DNA of 64,000 nucleotides from Chthoniobacterales bacterium (GCA_038232335.1 JBBSIA010000019.1:3131-67130); one strand, 5' to 3'; counted from the stretch's first letter, positions 1 to 9,556 are shown. Made by a program: numbers and translations. Notes: a model not told the origin generated them from the letters alone.

Positions 1-307
1 GACCGACTTCCTCCGCCGTCGGAATGTTGGAACCGGTAACGATCACACGCTCGGTAGTGGCTTCGGTGCCACCGACTGCATTGGTCTGCGTTTGATTAGG
101 ACCTGTCTGCCCGGTGTTGGGCGCGCCGCTGCCGGTGGTCGCCGGGGCGGCCGCTGCCTGAGTGGCCGGAGTCGCGGTAGGAGCTGCCTCCACGCCCTGG
201 GCATAGGTATTTGTTGCGATAAGGAAAGGAATTCCAAAGCCGACTGCGAGAGCCGTGCGAAGCAATCCTAACTTCGTGATTACATTTCTGATCATTAGTT
301 TCTCCAT
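1..307 (-). CDS. TonB-dependent receptor, N-terminal fragment (continues beyond window start)
   Basis: Own minus-strand translation from the ATG at 307 (alternative in-frame ATG at 295). It reads MEKLMIRNVITKLGLLRTALAVGFGIPFLIATNTYAQG (signal peptide), then an A/T/P/Q-rich linker, then TERVIVTGSNIPTAEEVG, a typical TonB-dependent receptor plug-entry motif. The frame is open to base 1. It is absent from the ORF track because it is truncated. Confidence 0.55.
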   Translation of the reverse strand, partial: MEKLMIRNVITKLGLLRTALAVGFGIPFLIATNTYAQGVEAAPTATPATQAAAAPATTGSGAPNTGQTGPNQTQTNAVGGTEATTERVIVTGSNIPTAEEVG

Positions 308-625
308 GGGTTTGGTTAGGTTTTGGGGCAAAGGCGTTGCACCTCTGCTCTGGCATCCGTTATAAAGCGGCACGAGCTTTCGATGTTAGGACGGAAACAC
401 CGACATTTTCGGACACGGAGAATACGACTTCGGACTTCTCTCGATGTCGTTGCTCCTCTCGATGAAAAGCGAGCCAGGTTACTTTGTGAGTTAACGGACG
501 CCATTCCAAGTGCCCCGAAGAACATGCTTGCAACGCATTGAACGCCTCGCTGCGGGAGTTGGCGGCGCAGATGGGAGGCCTGCGTCAGCCGAAATCAGAG
601 GAACAGCCGCAAGCGGCGCAGAACA

Positions 626-1702
626 CTAATTGCCCCTGCGAGACGAAACCATCGGCGATCGCATTGGGCCACGGCTTTGCAGACCAGAATCCGCATCGGA
701 TCGGAACCGCGCACGGAAATTACTTGGAGTTAATCCGAGGTGACGTTCGAACGCGCGCCGAAACGCATCAGCGCTCTTGAAGCCGACAGACACAGCTACA
801 TTCTTAATGGTTGTCTTCGGTGCCAGCAAACGTCGCCGCGCCTCACCCAATCGCAATTGTTCAACAAATTCTGCTGGCGTAGTCTCGAAAACAGATTTGA
901 AAGTCCGGCTAAAATGACGCGGACAGAGGCAAACTTTCTCAGCGAGCGCTTCGACGGAGAGATCGTCATGTAAGTGAGCAACAATCCAGGCGGGTAGATC
1001 GGACAATCTTTCGGATGACTCCTGCTCAGATTTGGGAGGAAACACCACGCTCTCATCAGCGCCCGGCGGCCGAAGGCGCATGACAAATTCGCGCGCCACA
1101 TCGAGAGCGACCCGCGGACCGTAGTCTTCGTTGATCAGCGCAAGGGTCATCTCAATTCCGGCTGTGCCACCACCGGAAGTATAAAAAGGACCGTCTTTCA
1201 GGAAGGACGCTGTCTGATTGACCTGGAGTTTCGGAAATCGGGTGGCAATATCTCTCGCAAAACGCCAATGAGTCGTGACATTCCGGCCGTCCAGCAGCCC
1301 GCTTTCGGCCAGCGGATAAATCCCGCCGCACACTCCGGCAAAGCGGCGAACGTGAGTCTTGTTCTTCGCTAACCAGGCGTTGAGAGCCTTGTCTTCGTCG
1401 GGTTTCACGCTTCCGGTGCCGCCCGGAATAACCACTGTGTCCAAAGCGGGGATCGCCTGGATTGTCGTGTCCGTTTTAAAAATAAGGCCGGAGCCGGATC
1501 TAAAAGTCTTGCCCCTCAGACCGATCACAACGACTTCATAGCACGACTGAATGCGATGGTAGTTGTCATAGCTTTGAGCGCTCTTGAAAGCCTCGAGAGG
1601 GCCGATGAAGTCCAGAGTGGCGACGGAATCGAAGCCGAAAATTCCAACCAGCTTCGGCGGAATATCGCTGGGCAGTTGCACGACGTTATCTTCGATAGCC
1701 AC
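626..1702 (-). CDS. GlxA-family transcriptional regulator (DJ-1/PfpI domain + AraC HTH)
   Basis: 358-aa ORF. The N-terminal part is DJ-1/PfpI-like (VGIFGFDSVATLDFIGPLEAF, GVCGGIYPLAESGLLDGR). The C-terminal part is an AraC-type HTH (HFSRTFKSVFETTPAEFVEQLRL, GFKSADAFRRAFERHLGLTPSNFR). Confidence 0.85.
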   Translation of the reverse strand: MAIEDNVVQLPSDIPPKLVGIFGFDSVATLDFIGPLEAFKSAQSYDNYHRIQSCYEVVVIGLRGKTFRSGSGLIFKTDTTIQAIPALDTVVIPGGTGSVKPDEDKALNAWLAKNKTHVRRFAGVCGGIYPLAESGLLDGRNVTTHWRFARDIATRFPKLQVNQTASFLKDGPFYTSGGGTAGIEMTLALINEDYGPRVALDVAREFVMRLRPPGADESVVFPPKSEQESSERLSDLPAWIVAHLHDDLSVEALAEKVCLCPRHFSRTFKSVFETTPAEFVEQLRLGEARRRLLAPKTTIKNVAVSVGFKSADAFRRAFERHLGLTPSNFRARFRSDADSGLQSRGPMRSPMVSSRRGN

Positions 1703-1804
1703 GAGGTCATAAAAGAATAGAATGGCATTGCGACAAGACCCATATTCAGTAAATAGCAGGGGCCACTTTTGAAAGCGATAATTCGCTCGCGCAGGGACCG
1801 CAAT

Positions 1805-1844
1805 GGAAAGAAAAGTTTGCGACCCCGAAGCTTTCGGGGGTCGC
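1805..1844 (-). terminator. Candidate intrinsic terminator
   Basis: On the minus strand, the hairpin GCGACCCCCGAAAGCTTCGGGGTCGC is followed by AAACTTTTCTTTCC. It lies about 200 nt downstream of the NIPSNAP gene stop. Confidence 0.4.
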
Positions 1845-2045
1845 CAGCAGCACCCAGACTGCGTGCGCTCCCTGGGACGCGCGTTTTCGCCTGATGGTCG
1901 CTACACGGGATACGGATCCACTGCGCTAGCGAGCTTCTAACCAAAAAAATCTAAGCACGACAAAGAATGAAACCTTGACCCTCACCTCTACCGAAAGCCA
2001 ACGAGAAGTTCTCTCTCTCACAACCGACAAACTTCTGTTCGCTCA

Positions 2046-2780
2046 TCAGAGCCAGCGCAAACGTGAGCGCCTGGTCGGATCCAGGACGACTAATTCTGGA
2101 ATATCCTTTAAGAGGTTTGTCGCGCACAACCCCTCTAAGGAATGCTCTACCACGGGTTTAAATTGAGTCTCCAACGCCTGATTGTCTTCTAAAATCGCTA
2201 ACCATACCAGGTATGGGCCGTCCGTTCGTACCGGATGCTGTGGGAAATTGTTTGGCACATCCAAGGTAACCAGGATGCCGGCTTCGCGCGCGCCCGCGAC
2301 CCGATAGCGGGCAAATACCGGTTCCGCTTTCTTGGCAAAAGCATCGATATCATCGGCTTTGAGCGCAAAGATCTGAGCCACGGCAACACCTTGCGCACCT
2401 TCTTTCTCGGTCACGGGATCAACAGCGGGGAGAACTGGGATGGCTCGTTCCGGCATGAACGGGCGGAGCAGCAGCACGTTGTCGCTGTCGATCAGGCGGT
2501 CGTTCATCACTGCGGAGTGTTCTCTCCACAAAGGCCCGTAATAGAAGGCACCATTCACCGTCGCACGTGCGTAGATATCTTTGAACCCTCTGATCCAGGT
2601 AAACCTGGAAGCATCGGTGCGCTCAAAGAATTGGCCAAAGACAATCGCTCCGAGCTGCTCGAAAGCTTCAGGAAAGTAGCTCTCGAAATACTCTGCGAAA
2701 TGCTTTCGTTCTCCCCGTTTGATCGTATAGCGCCGAAGCTCGGTAACTTGGAAATCTCTGAGGTGTTTCACACTATCCAT
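2046..2780 (-). CDS. NIPSNAP family protein
   Basis: FQVTELRRYTIKRGERKHFAEYFESYFPEAFEQLGAIVFGQFFERTDASRFTWIRGF and a second similar half fit the NIPSNAP repeat pattern. I prefer the ATG at 2780 (purine-rich GGAAGGGAA just upstream) over the ORF-track start at 2819. Confidence 0.7.
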   Translation of the reverse strand: MDSVKHLRDFQVTELRRYTIKRGERKHFAEYFESYFPEAFEQLGAIVFGQFFERTDASRFTWIRGFKDIYARATVNGAFYYGPLWREHSAVMNDRLIDSDNVLLLRPFMPERAIPVLPAVDPVTEKEGAQGVAVAQIFALKADDIDAFAKKAEPVFARYRVAGAREAGILVTLDVPNNFPQHPVRTDGPYLVWLAILEDNQALETQFKPVVEHSLEGLCATNLLKDIPELVVLDPTRRSRLRWL

Positions 2781-2954
2781 ATTGGTTCCCTTCCAGAGCG
2801 ATGTCACCGCATAGTCCACGTGGCTAACGTTCGATCGTTGTACGCACTTCCGATCACATTAATCGACAGACACCGGCCATTATTTGTCGCAAGGTCCATT
2901 TAGCGAAATCTCGCAAGCGCCACTTGCGTCTTATTTGCTTTGAAAGCCCTGGGT

Positions 2955-4469
2955 TTATTCGCCTGTCGATGCTCTGTTCTTCAGGCTGCGCAGGGCAATT
3001 GCGAGATTGCGCACCCCTTGCCGGAGATCTTTGCTGCTGTAGCCGGTGTAGCCGAGGCGCAGCGCGCCTCGCTTGGGCCGCTCAAGGCTGTAGGCGGAGA
3101 GCGGCGTGACCTCGACTCCGTGGGCCGCGGCCTGACGGGTGGCAGCGCGATCATCAATCCCACGAGGCAGCCAGCCGATCAGATCCATTCCAGCAGCATC
3201 GGATTGGAGGTCGAGTAGCCCGGCTAATTCTGTCCCGGCCTCCTTGAGCACCACGGCCTGGCGCTCGGCGTAAAGCGCGCGCATCGTCCTGATGTGACGG
3301 GCAAAGTGTCCTTCGTTGATAAAGTCAACGACGACCGCGTGCTCCATTAACGAGGAGGCGTGAGTGACGATCGCGCGCGCCTTAATAAAGGCATCCACCA
3401 AGTCCACAGGCGCGACCATATATCCCAGCCGGAGAGAGGGGAACAAGACTTTGCTGAAAGTGCCTATGTAGATGACGCGTCCCTGACCGTCCAATCCCTG
3501 TAACGACGCCAAGGGCCTGCCCGCGTAACGGAACTCGCTGTCGTAATCATCTTCCAAAATCCACGCGCGGGCTTTGCTGGCCCACTTCAAGAGCGCGAGT
3601 CTCCTCGCCAAACTCAGTGTGCTCCCGAGCGGGAGCTGATGAGAAGGCGTGACATACACTACCCGCGCCTTATCTCCACGGCTGATTCCTGCTTCGACGT
3701 CCAGCCCTTCTTGATCGACTGGTACCGGAATAAGCGTCGCGCCGGCTGCGAGAAGCGCGGCACGCGCGCCGTGAAAGCCGGGGTCTTCAACCCAGGCGGC
3801 GTCGCCGGGGTCCAGCAATACGCGCGCCGCGATGTCGAGTCCTTGCTGCGAGCCCGAAACCAGGATGACCTGTTCGGGCACGCAATGAACCGCGCGCACA
3901 GCCCCCAGATAGGCGGCGATCGCCTCACGCAGCGGCTGATATCCCGCCGGCTGCCCATACCTCATCAGGTGATGCGGCGAGTTGCGCCAATGGCGCGCAG
4001 TCAGTTTGTACCACGTATTCGTCGGGAACGCATCGAGCGATGGGACTCCGCTCCGAAACGGACGCGGCGGGCCGGTGGCGACTGCGACGCTGACCACTGT
4101 CTTGCTAATCACCTCTCCTCGCCGCGAAAGGGCGCGACGCGCAGGTAAGGCGGGGTGATTAGCGCGACCGTTCCCGCGGACTTCCAGCATTTCGTTCGGC
4201 AAGGTGTGAGAGATATAAGTGCCCGATCCGATCCGGCCTTCCACGTAACCCTCTGCAAGGAGCTGATTGAAGGCGTTCAGAACTGTATTGCGGGAAACGC
4301 CCATCTCGTCGGCGAAATCCCTGGTCGAGGGCAATCGTGTTCTCGCCTTTAAGCTCCCGGACAAAATCGCCTTGCGCAGCTCGTCATAGAGCTGGCGGTG
4401 CAACGCCATGGGAGATTTGCGATCGAGCGAAATGCTGAGGTTTACGAACGCGGTCGTGCGCTTTGCCAT
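2955..4469 (-). CDS. MocR-type regulator (GntR wHTH fused to PLP aminotransferase-like domain)
   Basis: The N-terminus LHRQLYDELRKAILSGSLKARTRLPSTRDFADEMGVSRNTVLNAFNQLLAEGYVEGRIGSGTYI is a GntR HTH. The remainder is a class-I aminotransferase fold (YIGTFSKVLFPSLRLGYMVAP contains the PLP-lysine context). The start is set at MAKRTT (cat at 4467-4469), not the track start at 4592. Confidence 0.9.
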   Translation of the reverse strand: MAKRTTAFVNLSISLDRKSPMALHRQLYDELRKAILSGSLKARTRLPSTRDFADEMGVSRNTVLNAFNQLLAEGYVEGRIGSGTYISHTLPNEMLEVRGNGRANHPALPARRALSRRGEVISKTVVSVAVATGPPRPFRSGVPSLDAFPTNTWYKLTARHWRNSPHHLMRYGQPAGYQPLREAIAAYLGAVRAVHCVPEQVILVSGSQQGLDIAARVLLDPGDAAWVEDPGFHGARAALLAAGATLIPVPVDQEGLDVEAGISRGDKARVVYVTPSHQLPLGSTLSLARRLALLKWASKARAWILEDDYDSEFRYAGRPLASLQGLDGQGRVIYIGTFSKVLFPSLRLGYMVAPVDLVDAFIKARAIVTHASSLMEHAVVVDFINEGHFARHIRTMRALYAERQAVVLKEAGTELAGLLDLQSDAAGMDLIGWLPRGIDDRAATRQAAAHGVEVTPLSAYSLERPKRGALRLGYTGYSSKDLRQGVRNLAIALRSLKNRASTGE

Positions 4470-4608
4470 ATATTTTGAGCCTCGACTTAAGAAAGTGGTT
4501 CCTACATAATTCCCTAAAATGGGACTTGCGGCAATACCGCTCTTTGTCACTTTCGTCGTCGTTCTGCGAATGCTATCAAGCCCTGACCTCACAGCAGTCT
4601 AGACAATC

Positions 4609-5142
4609 GTGTCATCAAATAATGAAAACCTTTTCGTCCGGAGATCCTTTCCCCCAATACTCCAAACGGCCTTTCACCCGATCGCTGATGCGATTCGGAT
4701 TGACCGCCTTGCCATTGAAAGCCTCCTCATGCTCGAACCCAACGAATCTCTTGCCTTAGCCAGCAACGATGAAAAGACCGTCGCCGCGCTGGACACCCAG
4801 TATCAAGCGGCCGTGAAAGAAAACGATGCCGCCACGATGGACCGCATTTTAACTGACAATTTCGTGCTCGTGACCGGCCGGGGCAAAACCCAGAGCAAGG
4901 CCGATCTTCTCGATGAGGCACGACGCAAAACCATGATCTACGAGCGGCAAGAAGATTCGAACCAAAAAGTCCGCGTATGGGGCGACACCGCAGTCGTGAC
5001 GGCCCTGCTTTGGGCCAAGGGAACGGAGGCCGGAAAGTTGTTCGAGTACAAGCTGTGGTTTAGTGATATTTACCTTCGCACGACCACCGGCTGGCGATAT
5101 GCCTTTGCCCAAGCATCGCTCCCGCTGCCGAAAGATTCTTGA
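4609..5142 (+). CDS. DUF4440/SnoaL-like (NTF2 fold) protein
   Basis: LDTQYQAAVKENDAATMDRILTDNFVLVTGRGKTQSKADLL...VRVWGDTAVVTALLWAKG...LWFSDIYLRTTTGWRYAFAQAS fits the DUF4440 pattern. The start is uncertain: GTG at 4609 or ATG at 4729. Confidence 0.7.
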   Translation: MSSNNENLFVRRSFPPILQTAFHPIADAIRIDRLAIESLLMLEPNESLALASNDEKTVAALDTQYQAAVKENDAATMDRILTDNFVLVTGRGKTQSKADLLDEARRKTMIYERQEDSNQKVRVWGDTAVVTALLWAKGTEAGKLFEYKLWFSDIYLRTTTGWRYAFAQASLPLPKDS

Positions 5143-5163
5143 ACCTAAACAACCGCATTCGCT

Positions 5164-5900
5164 ATGAAACCGAGATCTATCACGTTCATCAGCGCGTCGG
5201 CTCTCTTGCTGCTGCGAGGCAACGTTTTCGCCGAGGACTCGTCCATTACCGAACCTGAGCTTGTCAGGCGAACGCAGGAATTGTTTAGCGCTGTCGTGCC
5301 GGGCGATCAAACGCCGTGGAAGAAGTACTATGCCGACGACTGCATCTATCACGATGAAAAGGGTCGGAGCTTCGGTAAAGCACAGTTAATCGCAGACGTC
5401 GCCCCTCTGCCAAAGGGCTATTCCGGCTCGATCAAAGTCGCAAGCCCGCAGAGCGTGATCACGAACGACACCGCTGTCCTAAGTTACGACACAATGAGAC
5501 TGAAACGATATTCGGGCAGGAGCTGCACGCTCGCTATCACGGTACGGACACCTGGCTGCGGCGTCACGGCCAATGGCAGATCGTCGCCGCCCAGACGATG
5601 CGCTACTACGAAGACCCTGCGATCGGCAAAACCGAGCCGACAAAATATCCAGCCTATGCTGGGACATACGAACTGTCGAAGGAGTCGGAGCGTAAAACCG
5701 CCATCTCGGTCGAAGGCGACCGCGTATTCATCGAGCGAACTGGCGGAAAGAAGGTGCAACTGTTTCCCGAAGCCGGCGATCTCTTCTTCCGCCAAGGCGT
5801 GGAAGGACGGATTCTGTTTCGCTTCGGCGCGGACGGTAAGGTCGAAGCCCTGATCGACCGGCGGAATAACGAAGACGTGATCTGGGAGAAAATCGGATAA
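5164..5900 (+). pseudogene. Frameshifted DUF4440 + DUF3471-like secreted protein
   Basis: The frame from 5164 gives a signal peptide and a DUF4440-like domain up to ITNDTAVLSYD. The -1 frame continues without interruption as NETETIFGQELHARYHGTDTWLRRHGQWQIVAAQTMRYYEDP... to the stop at 5900. Joining the two frames requires a 1-nt indel at about 5491-5493. Confidence 0.7.
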
Positions 5901-5969
5901 AACAGGCGAGAGTTGTCTCTAAAGTTCGGCGCAGGAAATAGTGGGCGCGAAGGATTGATCGTCAGCCAA

Positions 5970-6431
5970 ATGGTTATGAAAACGTTTACATTTACCTCAT
6001 GTTTTTTGCTGGTCCTGTTCTGTCTCGCGGTCGCGTCGCCTGGTGATTCTAAAGCGAGCCAGGCGGAGATCGATAAAGTCCTGCAATTCGAACGCGATTG
6101 GTGCAGCGCCTATCTCCACGCCGACACGGATTTCCTTCAAGAGCAGGTGGTGGATGATTTCACGCTCACGAATAGCAATGCGCAGATCAGCACCAAAGCC
6201 GATGACCTGAAGGAGCTCAGCAGTGGGAAGGTGAAATATAGCGTGTTCGAGAACCGGGATATGAAAGCGCGCATTTATGGCGACACCGCGGTGATCACCG
6301 GCTGGACCAAAGTTAAAGGTATGATCGACGGCCAACCGTACGAGACCGATGTAGCCTTCACCGACACGTTGGTGCGGATGAACGGCCAGTGGTTTGGCGT
6401 GGCGGGTCACGTTTCCAAGCCGCTAAAATAA
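5970..6431 (+). CDS. Secreted DUF4440/SnoaL-like protein
   Basis: MVMKTFTFTSCFLLVLFCLAVASPG is a signal peptide. It is followed by IDKVLQFERDWCSAYLHADTDFLQEQVVDDFTLTNSNAQISTKADDLK...IYGDTAVITGWTKVKG...FTDTLVRMNGQWFGVAGHVS. This is the third paralogue in a row. Confidence 0.75.
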   Translation: MVMKTFTFTSCFLLVLFCLAVASPGDSKASQAEIDKVLQFERDWCSAYLHADTDFLQEQVVDDFTLTNSNAQISTKADDLKELSSGKVKYSVFENRDMKARIYGDTAVITGWTKVKGMIDGQPYETDVAFTDTLVRMNGQWFGVAGHVSKPLK

Positions 6432-6485
6432 AGTCTAGGTTCGGCTGCGTCATAAATCGAGGCTGATCTCTCGAGTTGCATCGAT

Positions 6486-6710
6486 ATGGTAAGAATGTTG
6501 TTGTCGAGCGAAGCCGTCCCCTCGCTAATCGCGGTATTGAAAGACGAATCGCTTTCACATTCGCTCCGTCACCAAGCCGCGGCTGCAATTAGAGAAATTG
6601 ATGACACGTCAACCCGTGAAACATTGCTGCAGCTTCAGGCTTCGGCGGAGTCGCCGACAGTGCGTTCACTCGCAGAGGTCGCGCTCGGAACAATTGCGGA
6701 TAGAAGATAG
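6486..6710 (+). CDS. Small HEAT-repeat-like ORF, possibly a gene fragment
   Basis: AVPSLIAVLKDESLSHSLRHQAAAAIREIDD...SPTVRSLAEVALGTI resembles two HEAT_2-type repeats. At 74 aa and isolated, it is weak. Confidence 0.3.
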   Translation: MVRMLLSSEAVPSLIAVLKDESLSHSLRHQAAAAIREIDDTSTRETLLQLQASAESPTVRSLAEVALGTIADRR

Positions 6711-7047
6711 CAGAAGCGGCAGTTCTTGATCGTGTTCAGAGTTGAGCGTCATCACCCAAGGCTGCGATCACGCCTGAGCGCTGGGAGAAGAAGAATTTAG
6801 CGGCGGCTGCGCTGCGGCCTAACGAACGGCATTGCGGCCGCCGCCTTGGGCAAAAGATTCGTTGCACGCTTCGCGCCGACAGAGCACTCGCCCCAACAAA
6901 TCCCCTAACGAATTCTCTGCCGCCACGTCACGTACTAAAGACCCCGCCCCCTCCGCCGGCTGTCGCGCTCCGCTATTTGCACGAGCCGCCCGCGAAAAAC
7001 GAAAACAGGCTCGCGAATCGCGATTTGAGACTCCACGGTTATTCTGC

Positions 7048-7296
7048 GTGCACTACGAACTCTTCATCAGCAAAAAGGCGCGGCGGCACTTGCGTGCTCA
7101 TGACAAAACTGTCCGCTGCCAGATCGGCCAGCGTGTTGAAGTAATGCGCAATGATCTTCGCTGCGACGTAAGAAAGCTTGAAGGGAAGAGTAATCGGTAC
7201 CGGTTACGCGTGGGCAATCATCGAGTGCTTTTTACGTTGGAACGCGGCGTGATCGCCATCTATGCTGTGAAAGACCGCAAGGAGGCGTATGAATAG
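7048..7296 (+). CDS. RelE/ParE-family type II toxin
   Basis: VHYELFISKKARRHLRAHDKTVRCQIGQRVEVMRNDLRCDVRKLEGKSNRYRLRVGNHRVLFTLERGVIAIYAVKDRKEAYE carries the classic YRLRVGdyRvlf...hRkeaY signature. The start is set at GTG 7048, in frame with the track ORF 6832..7296, whose N-terminal part looks non-coding. Confidence 0.8.
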   Translation: MHYELFISKKARRHLRAHDKTVRCQIGQRVEVMRNDLRCDVRKLEGKSNRYRLRVGNHRVLFTLERGVIAIYAVKDRKEAYE

Positions 7297-7468
7297 CATG
7301 AGCACCCAACAGCCCGATCCGTTGACATTGGAACTTGTTTATCGCGGGCTGCGAGCGTTGCGCGAACGCGTCGAGAACCTCGAGGACTTGCAAAAGGCAA
7401 TTGCTGAGAACGGTGACGAACCGCTGATTCCGTGGGAGGAGGCCAAAAAAAGCCTCGATCTTGACTGA
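7289..7468 (+). CDS. 59-aa antitoxin-like ORF overlapping the RelE stop (not in ORF track)
   Basis: Own translation: MNSMSTQQPDPLTLELVYRGLRALRERVENLEDLQKAIAENGDEPLIPWEEAKKSLDLD. The ATG at 7289 overlaps the toxin stop (TATGAATAG). The C-terminal LEDL...EPLIPWEEAKK pattern recalls small antitoxins partnered with RelE/ParE toxins. Confidence 0.55.
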   Translation: MNSMSTQQPDPLTLELVYRGLRALRERVENLEDLQKAIAENGDEPLIPWEEAKKSLDLD

Positions 7469-7573
7469 TTACCCGCGCCAGCGCGATCATCGGCGCGAGC
7501 CATCGTAATCGGCTTACTTCCCCAGCCGTCGCGGAAATCGCTCGCCACGGCTGGGAAGAGTATCTTCGCAACC

Positions 7574-8062
7574 ATGTTGTTGCGAGCGATCCCGCTCTTA
7601 AGCGCACTGGCGCTTCTGCTCTCGCCGTCGAGCCAGGCGGCGCTCGTCTCGCCGGCCACATCAGCCACGTCACCGCCCCAAAACGCAGGTACCGCGTTTT
7701 TATTCGACGGCTCAGAATCGCAGATTGGGCCTCTTGTCTCCAATGATCCACTCGACCTCACTGATCCCATGGGGCTTGAAATATATGCGCCGGGAACATT
7801 GGATGTTTCTCCCGAGGTGCTGCAGGCGGTCTTCCCTTCGGCAAGATCCGCTGCCCTGCAGTCCGCAAGCAAATCCAATAAGCAGGGGCAAGAGGACGGC
7901 ACACTTCTTCGTACAAGATTGCTGGAGGTGCGCATTGACGGCTATCGAGACAGTAACAATAAGCTGCGAGAGACATCCCACATCGAGGGACTTTCGATAA
8001 AGCTGCGGCTAATGGACAAGGACAATACCAAGCCGCGGCTCCCAAGCCCCCGGCGGGCGTAA
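7574..8062 (+). CDS. Hypothetical protein carrying an Rhs-core-end-like motif (possible orphan polymorphic-toxin C-terminal module)
   Basis: 162-aa ORF. Residues 57-68, NDPLDLTDPMGL (nt 7742-7777), match the PxxxxDPxGL boundary motif that ends Rhs/YD-repeat cores (usual form NNPVNFTDPLGL). About 95 aa of unknown sequence follow. The N-terminus looks like a signal peptide, so an unrelated secreted protein remains possible. Confidence 0.4.
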   Translation: MLLRAIPLLSALALLLSPSSQAALVSPATSATSPPQNAGTAFLFDGSESQIGPLVSNDPLDLTDPMGLEIYAPGTLDVSPEVLQAVFPSARSAALQSASKSNKQGQEDGTLLRTRLLEVRIDGYRDSNNKLRETSHIEGLSIKLRLMDKDNTKPRLPSPRRA

Positions 8063-8639
8063 CGGAGAGTCAACGCGTGTATACGACTCATAGTCACGGA
8101 CCGGCGTCCGAATACAGTAACAATGTGGGTGACAGGCGTGCTGAAAACGACGCGGATAACAACGGCAAAAGCCCTGTTTTCTGGCGTTGCGAAAACGGCG
8201 TCGCCAGATCACGTATCTGTATTTGTGCCCTCGACGAGCGCTGACATCAGATCGCAAAATAAGGGAGGCGTCGAGATTGCTACCGATGAGGGTGTCCACG
8301 CGGCAGTCGTGAGAAATAATGGTAATTGATTTTAGCTCAGCCCTGAGGCGGGTAGCGGCGCTCGCGATCGGTTTTGGTTTGATCCTTCCGATTTCAAAGC
8401 GTTCTTCGGCAGGCATTCTCCCTTCGCGAAACCAAGTTGCTTCCGAGGACGCGGAAGCAGTTGAATATCCGGTGGAAGACCACCTGGCGCCAGTAAACTT
8501 CCGATCGATACCGCTATCCGTGCGAAGGTAGAAACGATCGAGATCTGAACTGGAAAGGCAAATGCGATTCGGAGCGAATCCCTTCTTTTGAAGCTGAAGC
8601 GGGAATAGGGAGCAACCGTTTGGAAGTTAGTGACCAGAG

Positions 8640-8904
8640 CTAACTATCGACACTTTTGAGAGCAGCGTCATCGCCCAAGACAGGCTTACGAAGATGGTAA
8701 AAACGATCATGTAGGCTCCACAACCGCTTAACCGACGTGACGCGGGATGAGGATGGCAGGCAGGATAGTTTTGGCTACAACCTGGCGGGAGAGCTGACTG
8801 CGGCCAAATACGGCCTGGTCATGACCACGCCCAACCCCACGCCGACGCCCACGCCCACTCCTGGGGCACAGGTGGCGGCGCCGAGCTTCAACCCGAATTA
8901 CTAG
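8640..8904 (+). pseudogene. Eroded YD-repeat (Rhs-like) gene fragment
   Basis: Own translation. The frame from 8701 to 8904 reads ...NRLTDVTRDEDGRQDSFGYNLAGELTAAKYGLVMTTPNPTPTPTPTPGAQVAAPSFNPNY*. A neighbouring frame just upstream reads ...SSVIAQDRLTKMVK. The G-x-x-x-F/Y-x-Y-D/N-x-x-G-x-L-T periodicity is YD-repeat-like. There is no start codon and the frames are broken. Confidence 0.4.
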
Positions 8905-9241
8905 CCTGAGGAAAAGGGATCGCTCATTGCGTATTGACGCTCTTCATTACTGCACAGGCGGCCCGTATGATACGGGTGACAGTTCCCCTGCGGGACCGGT
9001 GCCAGCGCCTCAAGGAGAGTTTGGCAAGTTGATGCCTATCTTCGGCGCAACGCTTTATAGCTCAAACTGTCGGCTGAAATGTCCTACCCGGCACACTAAG
9101 TAGGAGTAACGATTCTGATCAGGTCGAAATCTGGTGCCGCGGTGTATTTTCCTCATAGAATTCGATGGTGTCACGGCACTCGACCCTTCTGATTTGTCAC
9201 ACGGCTTTCCTAAAGTATGAACCTGATGGGCCATCGTCTCC

Positions 9242-9556
9242 GTGATTTCGCATATGATCGGATGTGATCTAACATCGATGCCAGAGAGACCAGCTAATGT
9301 TTCAACAGAGGCACTCTGGAAAGACGGATCGAGGGGTGTTTGGATCCTTCTACGCGATATCAAACCAGACCGATTTTGGGTCGGAGTGTATTATCAAAAT
9401 GGTACTCTGTGGACCGAAGGGTGGTTTGGACTCCCAACAGAAGGAAATGTCGAACTCCTGGATCGTCAATGGTTAGAGCGGAATATATCGGCGTGCTACG
9501 GAACACAAATGTTGTTGGTTGGGCACGGGTGGGCGTTTCGTTTAGAAAAAGTGTAA
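9242..9556 (+). CDS. Hypothetical protein in an AT-richer islet (candidate orphan immunity-type gene)
   Basis: 104-aa Trp-rich ORF (WILLRDIKPDRFWVGVYYQNGTLWTEGWFGLPTEGNVELLDRQWLERN). I counted 45-50% GC in the three 60-nt lines covering it, and many codons end in A/T, unlike neighbouring genes. No family recognised. Confidence 0.4.
   Translation: MISHMIGCDLTSMPERPANVSTEALWKDGSRGVWILLRDIKPDRFWVGVYYQNGTLWTEGWFGLPTEGNVELLDRQWLERNISACYGTQMLLVGHGWAFRLEKV

Noticed and set aside
308-625. Possible riboswitch (cobalamin or TPP) in the 5' leader of the TonB-dependent receptor fragment.
   Set aside because: I read the minus-strand leader and found neither a B12 box nor the TPP CUGAGA/ACCUGAUCUGGAUAAUGCCAGCG elements.
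1741-1945. tRNA-like string GCTCGCTAGCGCAGTGGAT and a structured-looking region between the NIPSNAP and GlxA genes.
   Set aside because: No acceptor-stem complementarity, no T-loop GGTTCGAATCC-type sequence and no cloverleaf. I recognised no SRP, 6S, tmRNA or RNase P signatures either.
8009-8531. Mutually overlapping short ORFs (135 aa on the minus strand; 68 and 70 aa on the plus strand) downstream of the putative orphan toxin module.
   Set aside because: I cannot decide between strands from sequence alone. One could be an immunity gene, but none has supportive features.
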